The position numbers and the translations under genes were made by a program. Of a DNA stretch of 57,261 nt, positions 29,209 to 37,028 are shown piece after piece. Every line of letters starts with the position of its first letter. Position 1 is the stretch's first letter. Origin of the DNA: an uncultured Marinicella sp. (GTDB lineage Bacteria > Pseudomonadota > Gammaproteobacteria > Xanthomonadales > Marinicellaceae); contig CAZLAW010000001.1 of assembly GCA_964557625.1 (NCBI GenBank), forward strand, positions 9,818-67,078. Reading direction: 5' to 3'. The notes under the pieces are model-generated. The model was not told where the DNA came from and searched no databases. It saw only the letters and a list, made by a program, of their open reading frames with translations.

Positions 29209-31967
29209 TGAGCATACTGAATTGGTTTAACAAACCAAAATGGCAAAGTAACAACGAACAAGTGCGATTAACTGCTATTCAACACAGCAGTGACGGTGAA
29301 CTCAAAGCCCATTTATCAGACATTGTTTTTCATGACAACAGCGAAAAAGTTCAAAAAGCTGCACTTAACCGTATCAGTGAACTCAGTGTGCTGCAAGAAA
29401 TTGCCGCCAAACACCCCAATCAAGACATCCAACAATCCGCGGACAAACGACTGAGCCATTTTTTAGCCGCTGTCTCCAACGCTGAGCAAACAGACAGCCA
29501 TTTAAGTCTGGCACAAAAACTGAAAAGCCATGAAGCCAAAGCCTATTTAATTGAACATAGTCAATCATTGGCACTGCGCAAAGTCGCGGTGGACGGTATC
29601 AAGCGCCAGGGTTTGCTGGGAGATTTATTGCTGGCCGTTGAATCACCCGAATTGCAGCACTATATCCTGAAAAACATTGAGCAAAACTCAACATTACAGC
29701 GCATACAACGACAACTCGGCCAAAAAAGCGCCCAACTTAAACAGACCATTGCCGAAAAACTTTATCAGCAAACCCCTCAAGACCCTGAAAAAATCGCTGA
29801 AGATGTCTGCCGACAGCTGGAAAATGTGGTGTTAAAAAACCACCAACTTGATTTAGAAGACATCGAACTTCAGTGGCAACAAATACCACCAGATCAACTA
29901 CCTGAACAACTTAAAACCCGTTACCAGGGTGCGCTGAATACTGCCAGAATGACCCTCGACAGCGATTACCGTGAGGCCTTTTTATCACAACAAAAAAAAC
30001 AAAAGCAGCAGCATTTATTAACCCAATTAATGGACCATAGTCAACGTGCTGATACCTTGTCACTCAGCCAGTTACAGCAGGCCATTGATCAGTATCATAA
30101 CGCTGAGACTGATGCACTTGATCAGGACCAAAAATCGCAATGGCAACAAGCGTTGACGACCCTCAGCGGCAGATTAAAAGAAGCTCAACAAGCCGCTCAG
30201 GCACCGGCTGAATGCCACACCATTTTGAGCGAATTAAACCGCCAGTTAGAACAATCCACAGCGGCACCCCACGCACTCAAACAACTTAAGACAAAATGGC
30301 AACAAGCTACCGCAGGGGCCACAGAAACCGCTGATCTGGCAGCTTTACAAAGTCAATTTGATGAAGACATCGCCCGTCTGGCAGATAAAATCACCGCCAG
30401 CGCTGAGCGCCGTAATAAAGCCGCTGAACAAGCGGTCGAACTGATTGCGCCCACCGAAGCCAAAATTAAAGAGGGCCAACTCAGTGAAGCTAAAAAACTG
30501 ATCAATCAACTCAACGAATTACAAAAACAAGCCGGACACGGACATCCCACGCTGAAACAACATAAATTTGCCATTGATCAGTTGTGGCAACAGCTGAAAG
30601 AACTACGCCAATGGCAACAATGGAGCCATGACAAAGTGCGTGAGCAACTGATAAAAGACCTCAAACAACTGGTTGGCTCCGGTATGCACCCTGATGCGGT
30701 TTTGCAAAAATTACAACAAGCCAATCAGCAGTGGGCTGAGTTGGAAGAGATGGAAAAATTGCCCGGTGATCGCTATTCACCCCGTAATCAAAAACAATGG
30801 CAAGCCTTTCGGACCGTTTCTCAGGCACTGTTTGAACCGGCCCAACCTTTCTTTGAAAAGCGCAGCGAACAACAAGACCGGCAATTAAACAAAATAAATC
30901 AACATATCAAAACCATGCAGGGCGCTGATTTGGAAGAAGGCGCGCCACCTGAGTTAAGCAAACTGGTGAGAACAGCGATAAATCACCTGAAAAACCTGGA
31001 TAAACTACCGCCCAAAGACCGCGGTCAAACCGCCAAAACCCTGCGCCGAGAAATCAATCGCATCAATGACCATCTATCCGTGGGGTATCAAAAAGCAGAA
31101 CATAATAAACAGGCATTGATTGAACAAGCCGAAGGTTTAGCCGTTGTGGAAGATTTGGCCGAGGCCATTGAAACGGCCAAAGATTTGCAAAAACAATGGC
31201 CCCGGGCCGGTTACGTCAGCCCCAAAACCGAACGCAGGTTATGGAAGAAGTTTCGCCGGGCCAATGACAAAGTTTTTAACCGCCGACAAGCAGAACAACA
31301 GGCCCAGCAAGCCGAAATCAACGCCCACAAAAAACAATGTCTTGATTTGATTAAAACCACACGCGCACAATTAAAACAGGCTCAGGACATCAAAGCGCTG
31401 GATCAATTGCGCAGTCAGTTTAACGGTGACTGGCAGCAACTGGCACAACAAGGTCCTGTACTTCACAAAGAACATCAACAACTGATGCAGGATTTTGATC
31501 GGCAACGACAACAACACGCCGCACAACAAGTAACCGCTGATATCCAGCAGTGGCAAACCATTGACGGATTGTATTCTCAGTATGAACAAGGCAATCTATC
31601 CGCCGAAGAATTGGACAAAAAGTTGTCAGACTGTTCATCGAGCGCCCGGTCTCTGTTTACTGACCGAATACACCAAGAAACCAACACGGGTGATTTGTCA
31701 GAGCACCTAATTGCCGGCGAATACCTCACCGGCTTAGACACACCTGAGGATTATATGGAACAACGCATGGCTTATCAGGTCAAGGTGCTGGCCGATCGCA
31801 TGGCTGGAAAAGAAGGCGATCAAGCGGCCTGTCAACAAGCCCTGAATTGGTTACAGCAATGGTATCAACAACCTAAAGCCGACCAGGATTTTGTTAAAAA
31901 ACAACAAAAACGCATTCAAAAAGTCACCCAGGCGGTCACCAATTTAGCCCTCAGCGGAAAAAACTAA
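29208..31967 (+). CDS. Large alpha-helical DUF349-repeat protein
   Basis: KPKWQS N-terminus, LRQWQQWS, K.LQ.QW...G......R.LW..FR.A.D.VF repeats. Confidence 0.75.
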   Translation: MSILNWFNKPKWQSNNEQVRLTAIQHSSDGELKAHLSDIVFHDNSEKVQKAALNRISELSVLQEIAAKHPNQDIQQSADKRLSHFLAAVSNAEQTDSHLSLAQKLKSHEAKAYLIEHSQSLALRKVAVDGIKRQGLLGDLLLAVESPELQHYILKNIEQNSTLQRIQRQLGQKSAQLKQTIAEKLYQQTPQDPEKIAEDVCRQLENVVLKNHQLDLEDIELQWQQIPPDQLPEQLKTRYQGALNTARMTLDSDYREAFLSQQKKQKQQHLLTQLMDHSQRADTLSLSQLQQAIDQYHNAETDALDQDQKSQWQQALTTLSGRLKEAQQAAQAPAECHTILSELNRQLEQSTAAPHALKQLKTKWQQATAGATETADLAALQSQFDEDIARLADKITASAERRNKAAEQAVELIAPTEAKIKEGQLSEAKKLINQLNELQKQAGHGHPTLKQHKFAIDQLWQQLKELRQWQQWSHDKVREQLIKDLKQLVGSGMHPDAVLQKLQQANQQWAELEEMEKLPGDRYSPRNQKQWQAFRTVSQALFEPAQPFFEKRSEQQDRQLNKINQHIKTMQGADLEEGAPPELSKLVRTAINHLKNLDKLPPKDRGQTAKTLRREINRINDHLSVGYQKAEHNKQALIEQAEGLAVVEDLAEAIETAKDLQKQWPRAGYVSPKTERRLWKKFRRANDKVFNRRQAEQQAQQAEINAHKKQCLDLIKTTRAQLKQAQDIKALDQLRSQFNGDWQQLAQQGPVLHKEHQQLMQDFDRQRQQHAAQQVTADIQQWQTIDGLYSQYEQGNLSAEELDKKLSDCSSSARSLFTDRIHQETNTGDLSEHLIAGEYLTGLDTPEDYMEQRMAYQVKVLADRMAGKEGDQAACQQALNWLQQWYQQPKADQDFVKKQQKRIQKVTQAVTNLALSGKN

Positions 31968-32000
31968 ATACAGTCAACGAAATGACCCATCAATCTATCT

Positions 32001-32073
32001 CAACCCGAACCGGTGAAGACCGGTACCCCGGGTCTTTGAGAATAATCCGGCTAAACAATAAAATTAACCACAG
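32001..32073. repeat. Composite palindromic element, copy 1
   Basis: ACCGGT-GAAG-ACCGGT hairpin (32009-32024) then AAATTAACCACAG (32061-32073); similar to 34316-34393. Confidence 0.75.
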
Positions 32074-32096
32074 CGTGGAATTTCTTCCATCAACCC

Positions 32097-32145
32097 TCGG
32101 TCATCAGTCATCAGTACTCTGTCCTCTGTCCTCTGTCCTCTGAAC
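32097..32145. repeat. Degenerate heptamer tandem repeat, 7 units
   Basis: TCGGTCA TCAGTCA TCAGTAC TCTGTCC TCTGTCC TCTGTCC TCTGAAC. Confidence 0.85.
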
Positions 32146-32218
32146 ATGACCATAGACACATACACCGGTTATCAAAACAAGTTAAGATAACACGGTTTTA
32201 TAAAACCGATTAAAATCC

Positions 32219-34255
32219 ATGAAAAAATTACTGCTCACGGCCGCCGTATGTTTACCGCTGATGGCCTGCCAAACCAATCAAACCAAACATGATGTCCGAA
32301 CCCCAGACAATTCTGTGCAATCAGGCATCACCTTAGACCACATGGACAAATCCATTCGTCCGCAGGATGATTTTTACCGCCATGTGAACGGACACTGGCT
32401 GGAGACGTTTGAAATTCCCGCCGACAAATCCAATTACGGCTCCTTCACCAAACTCGGCGACGAAAGCCGCGAACATGTTAAAGAGATTATTCTTGAGGTC
32501 TCAAGCCATGATAACCCGCCTGGCAGCACCGAACAAAAAATTGCTGATATTTACGCCTCCTGGATGGATACCGAGCGCTTAGAGGAACTCGGTATGCAGC
32601 CTCTGGCTGATGAAATGAATCGCATTAACAACATCCAGACTCAATCCGATTTAAGCGCTTACATGGCCTATGCGGATATTTACAGCACCTCGCCTCTTCG
32701 CATGTATGTCTATATCGACCAAAAGCAGTCGGATACGTACATCGTTTATATGAGTCAAAGTGGTTTGGGCTTGCCGGATCGTGATTATTATTTTAAAGAA
32801 GGTGAGCAATCACAAAAGATTCGGGATGCCTACAAAAATCACATCGCAACAATGTTTGATTTAGCCGAATACAAAGACAGCCGGGATAAGGCAGACACTG
32901 TCTATCAAATGGAGAAATTCCTGGCCGAAGGTCAGTGGACCCGCATTCAGAACCGAGACCGGGATAAAACCTACAACAAATTAACCTTCAGTGAATTAAA
33001 AGTCCTGTTACCGAATCTGGATTGGGAAGCCTGGCTTAGTGAAAGCATGATTGAGCAGCCTGAGCAATTGATTGTCTCTCAACCCGATTACTTAAGTACC
33101 TTTAATCAGGCCCTGACTCATTTTGATCTGGACCAGTGGCAAGATTATTTTCGTTGGCAACTGTTGCGATCAGCCGCACCTTACTTAAGTGCTGAATTTG
33201 AACAGGCCAGTTTTGACTTCTATGGTACGGTCCTCACCGGCACCCCGGAGCAAGAACCTCGCTGGAAACGCGGCGTTAATCTTGTTAATGGCTTGATTGG
33301 TGAGTTGGTCGGTAAAATTTACGTTGAAAAACACTTTCCGCCGGAAGCTAAAGAGCGCATGAATGTGATGATTGAAAATTTACGTGAAGCCTATGGTGAC
33401 AGCATTAAAGAATTGGACTGGATGAGTGATGCCACCAAAGAAAAAGCCCTGGTTAAACTGGCCAAATTTAACCCCAAAGTGGGTTATCCCGATCGCTGGC
33501 GTGATTACAGTGACATGAACATTCAAGCCGATAACCTGATTGCCAATCTGGTGGAAGCGAATCGCTTTTTAACCCACCGTAACCGCAGTAAATTAGGTCA
33601 GCCGATTGATCGCCACGAATGGGGCATGAATCCACAACGGGTGAATGCTTATTACAACCCCACCAAAAATGAAATTGTATTCCCGGCCGCCATCTTACAG
33701 CCACCATTCTTTAACTTAGAAGCCGATGAAGCCGTTAATTATGGCGGTATCGGTGCAGTGATTGGTCATGAAATGGGCCATGGCTTTGATGACCAGGGTT
33801 CTAAATATGACGGTGACGGTAATCTGAAAAACTGGTGGACTGACGAAGACCGTAAACGCTTTGAAGAACGTACCGCAAAACTGATTAAACAATATGATGC
33901 TTTTACGGTCTTGGATGGTCTTCATGTCAAGGGAGAATTCACCCAGGGCGAAAACATCGGTGATTTAAGCGGTATGGCGATTGCTTATAAAGCCTTTAAA
34001 AAGCATTATACCGCAGACCGTGTGATTGACGGTTACACACCAGATCAACGATTTTTCCTGGGCTGGGCACAGGTCTGGATGCGTAAATACCGCGATGAAG
34101 AGCTGCGCAAACGCATCGAAACCGATCCCCACGCGCCTTCAGAATTCCGCACCAATGGCATTTTAAGAAATATGCCTGAATTCTACCGGGCTTTTGATGT
34201 GAAACCGGGTGACGGTATGTACCTGCCCCCCGAAGAACGCGTTAAAATCTGGTAA
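32219..34255 (+). CDS. M13-family (neprilysin/PepO-like) metalloendopeptidase, lipoprotein
   Basis: Lipobox LMAC, VNAYY, HEMGH, GENIGD. Confidence 0.95.
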   Translation: MKKLLLTAAVCLPLMACQTNQTKHDVRTPDNSVQSGITLDHMDKSIRPQDDFYRHVNGHWLETFEIPADKSNYGSFTKLGDESREHVKEIILEVSSHDNPPGSTEQKIADIYASWMDTERLEELGMQPLADEMNRINNIQTQSDLSAYMAYADIYSTSPLRMYVYIDQKQSDTYIVYMSQSGLGLPDRDYYFKEGEQSQKIRDAYKNHIATMFDLAEYKDSRDKADTVYQMEKFLAEGQWTRIQNRDRDKTYNKLTFSELKVLLPNLDWEAWLSESMIEQPEQLIVSQPDYLSTFNQALTHFDLDQWQDYFRWQLLRSAAPYLSAEFEQASFDFYGTVLTGTPEQEPRWKRGVNLVNGLIGELVGKIYVEKHFPPEAKERMNVMIENLREAYGDSIKELDWMSDATKEKALVKLAKFNPKVGYPDRWRDYSDMNIQADNLIANLVEANRFLTHRNRSKLGQPIDRHEWGMNPQRVNAYYNPTKNEIVFPAAILQPPFFNLEADEAVNYGGIGAVIGHEMGHGFDDQGSKYDGDGNLKNWWTDEDRKRFEERTAKLIKQYDAFTVLDGLHVKGEFTQGENIGDLSGMAIAYKAFKKHYTADRVIDGYTPDQRFFLGWAQVWMRKYRDEELRKRIETDPHAPSEFRTNGILRNMPEFYRAFDVKPGDGMYLPPEERVKIW

Positions 34256-34271
34256 TTGCATCAATTTTCGT

Positions 34272-34304
34272 ATAAAAAGGCGGCCACCGAGCCGCCTTTT
34301 TTAT
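34272..34304 (+). terminator. Rho-independent terminator, probably bidirectional
   Basis: AAAAAGGCGGC-N6-GCCGCCTTTTTT. Confidence 0.9.
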
Positions 34305-34315
34305 GGCCTATTTCC

Positions 34316-34488
34316 CACCCCGTACCGGCAAAGGCCGGTACCCAGCATCTTTTACAAATACACTTGATTATTTAAGCAATAAATTAACCACAGAGAACAC
34401 GATTAACACACAAAGCCCACAAAGTAAAAGATAATGAATTAAATACCTTTGCGCCCTTTGTGAAAAACTTTGCGAACTTTGTGGTTAA
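34316..34488. repeat. Composite palindromic element, copy 2, with a long imperfect inverted repeat
   Basis: GTACCGGC-AAAG-GCCGGTAC (34322-34341); TTAACCACAGAG (34384-34395) pairs with CTTTGTGGTTAA (34477-34488), with nested CACAAAG/CTTTGYG units. Confidence 0.8.
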
Positions 34489-34556
34489 AAAGCAACTCTA
34501 CAGGATAATATAACATTGTTTCGAGGTATGGCGGCGGCCAGCTGCTGAGCTGACTT

Positions 34557-35327
34557 TTATTTGTTTTCGTTATTTTTCAATAATTCAAAGGTCACCACAA
34601 TCGGCAGATGATCGCTGGCGACTTTAGCGGTTTTGATTTTTGAGCGGTGGGCATTCAGGGCTTTTAAACCACCCCGGTAATAGACACGGTCTAAGCCGCC
34701 GCGGGGTGAAAAGGAAGGATAGGTTTTGATGGCTTTTTCATTACCACGGATGGTGGTGCGATCGGTGGCACATTCAAAATCGCGGCCGATAATAAATAAG
34801 GCCCGTAACAATGACCGCCAGTCATTAAAATCACCACCGACAATACAGGGATAATCAGGATTTATATTGGAAAACTCAGGCGATTTAAACAAAATACCCA
34901 TTTGTTTTTGCCGTTCTTTGGCCGACAAACCCAAGTGCAGATTAAACACATCCAGCATTAAACGGTCATTCCTTGATTCATCTAAATCGATCAAAGTATG
35001 CTGACAACCGCGTTTTTTCTTATTATCCACGGTTAAATCGATGTTGCTTTCACCCACAATCGGAAAGCGACTTAAGGTGGCATTACCGTAATAGCCTTTT
35101 TTTAAACTGACGTTATAACCGGTGGCTTTGTAGGGATAATCACACATATCCGCCAAGGTCGCTGCCAGATCTAATTCATCAGAACGCGGCACACCATAAT
35201 CCACCTCTTGTAACAGCACAATATCGGCATTCAGGGTATTGAGAATATCGGCAATTCGCTGCGGGCTAAAGCGCCGATCGAGACCAATGGCGCGGTGGAT
35301 GTTATAGCTGACCAGTTTAAAAATCAT
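34557..35327 (-). CDS. Endonuclease/exonuclease/phosphatase-family protein (YbhP-like)
   Basis: SYNIH, LQEV, GNA.LS, HLGL, GDFNDW, LDR, SDHLP. Confidence 0.9.
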   Translation of the reverse strand: MIFKLVSYNIHRAIGLDRRFSPQRIADILNTLNADIVLLQEVDYGVPRSDELDLAATLADMCDYPYKATGYNVSLKKGYYGNATLSRFPIVGESNIDLTVDNKKKRGCQHTLIDLDESRNDRLMLDVFNLHLGLSAKERQKQMGILFKSPEFSNINPDYPCIVGGDFNDWRSLLRALFIIGRDFECATDRTTIRGNEKAIKTYPSFSPRGGLDRVYYRGGLKALNAHRSKIKTAKVASDHLPIVVTFELLKNNENK

Positions 35328-35342
35328 TATTTTATTTGATGA

Positions 35343-35609
35343 TTAACGCAACTGACTGTCTTTTGAGCCACGTCGATTATAAGCTGACTGATTGTTATTG
35401 CTTTTATCCTCAATGTCCTGACAGGCCACACACAAGCGCACACCCTGAATGGCTTCCTGACGCGCTTTCGGAATCGGCGTATCACACTCTTCACAATGCG
35501 TAAGGCTGGGCCCGGTTGCTTGCTGTTTTTTTAACTGTGCCACTGCATCTGCGATATCGGCATCAATCTGATCCTGCACCGCCCCGTCTTTATACCAACC
35601 GCCGGCCAT
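35343..35609 (-). CDS. ybiI: DksA/TraR-family C4 zinc-finger protein (YbiI-like)
   Basis: MAGGW..DGAVQDQID, CEEC...IP..R..A..GV.LC..CQ, NRRGSKDSQLR. Confidence 0.9.
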   Translation of the reverse strand: MAGGWYKDGAVQDQIDADIADAVAQLKKQQATGPSLTHCEECDTPIPKARQEAIQGVRLCVACQDIEDKSNNNQSAYNRRGSKDSQLR

Positions 35610-35787
35610 AATAACACCTCAAAAAATCTATTATTCTGCAAAATTAACAATGAGATTACTCACCATTTTGGTAAGAACTTATTATTAATAAACAATAAAT
35701 ATAGGGCCTAAAGACCCGAATTTCAATGGATACACGCTTTTGTGTTCACAGCATAAAGACATAGCCATCCAAAGCTGAATGAGGCGA

Positions 35788-36126
35788 TCAACCCAGTTTA
35801 GCGCCGTTCTCACAGGGTTTATCGGGAACAGCCAAGATTACAGCGCCTTTTTCATTGTAAAAGCCGGTCACCAAGCATTCAGACATCATGGGCCCGATTT
35901 GCTTGGGTTGAAAATTGACCACAGCCACCACTTGTTTGCCGATCAATTCTTCTGTGGTGTATAAATCGGTAATCTGGGCGCTGGATTTTTTGGTGCCGAT
36001 GTCTTCACCAAAATCCACTTGTAATTGATAAGCGGGTTTACGGGCTTGTTTAAATACTTCGGCAGATACAATGGTGCCAACCCTTAGTTCAACTTGCTCA
36101 AAATCCTGCCAGCTGATGGTTTTCAT
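35788..36126 (-). CDS. csaA: CsaA-type tRNA-binding/secretion chaperone
   Basis: ARKPAY, KKSSAQIT, VNF.PKQIG..MSE.LVTG. Confidence 0.9.
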   Translation of the reverse strand: MKTISWQDFEQVELRVGTIVSAEVFKQARKPAYQLQVDFGEDIGTKKSSAQITDLYTTEELIGKQVVAVVNFQPKQIGPMMSECLVTGFYNEKGAVILAVPDKPCENGAKLG

Positions 36127-37028
36127 TGGGAAGACCCGCAGGCGTTGGCGGCTTTGCTGTTACCGGAGCGACCTAAGACCTGACTGATGTTTTTGCCGGC
36201 GGTGATGAGCTTATCCAGGTCAATACCGGTTTTAATGTCCATGCCGTGTAACATGTATACCACGTCTTCGGTGCTGACGTTACCACTTGCACCTGGCGCA
36301 TAGGGGCAGCCGCCGAGTCCGGCCACAGAGGCATCGATAATACGGGCACCCTCCTGAATACAGGCCAGGATATTGGCCAGGGCCTGACCGTAGGTATCAT
36401 GAAAATGCACCGCCAGTGAATTGGTCGGAATGCGTTTGGCAACTTGCGCAAACATGCGTTGGGCTTTTAACGGGGTGCCGACGCCGATGGTATCGCCCAG
36501 AGATATTTCATAACAGCCCATGGCAAACAGTTTTTCACTGACAGCGGCAACTTGTTCAGGGTCAATTTCCCCTTCATAGGGACAACCCAGGACACAAGAA
36601 ACATAGCCGCGTACTTTAATATCGTTCTGTTTGGCCTGTTCTAAAATCGGTGTAAAGCGTTCGAAGGATTCTTCAATGCTGCATTTAATGTTTTTTTGGT
36701 TAAAGGTTTCTGACGCCGCAGTAAACACCGCCACTTCTTTGATGCCGGCATCCATGGCCGCTTCAAAGCCTTTCATATTCGGTGTTAACGCAGAATAAAT
36801 AATACCCTCATCGTGCACTAAACGGCTCGCCACTTGTTTGGCATCGGCCAATTGCGGCACCCATTTGGGGCTTACAAAGCCAGTGACCTCAATGTGCTTA
36901 ACGCCGGCAGTACGTAAATCATTGATTAACTGAACTTTGTCATTAACTGCGATAACCTGTGATTCATTTTGCAGCCCATCTCTGGGTGAAACTTCAACGA
37001 TTTTAATGCTTTGCGGTAAGCTCATCAT
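36123..37028 (-). CDS. hmgL: Hydroxymethylglutaryl-CoA lyase
   Basis: EVSPRDGLQNE, HFHDTYG, GLGGCPYA. Confidence 0.94.
   Translation of the reverse strand: MMSLPQSIKIVEVSPRDGLQNESQVIAVNDKVQLINDLRTAGVKHIEVTGFVSPKWVPQLADAKQVASRLVHDEGIIYSALTPNMKGFEAAMDAGIKEVAVFTAASETFNQKNIKCSIEESFERFTPILEQAKQNDIKVRGYVSCVLGCPYEGEIDPEQVAAVSEKLFAMGCYEISLGDTIGVGTPLKAQRMFAQVAKRIPTNSLAVHFHDTYGQALANILACIQEGARIIDASVAGLGGCPYAPGASGNVSTEDVVYMLHGMDIKTGIDLDKLITAGKNISQVLGRSGNSKAANACGSSQ

Noticed and set aside
32001-34488. Repeats as a CRISPR array or integron attC sites
   Set aside because: No regular repeat-spacer periodicity, no cas or intI gene in the window, and no clear paired RYYYAAC/GTTRRRY attC ends.
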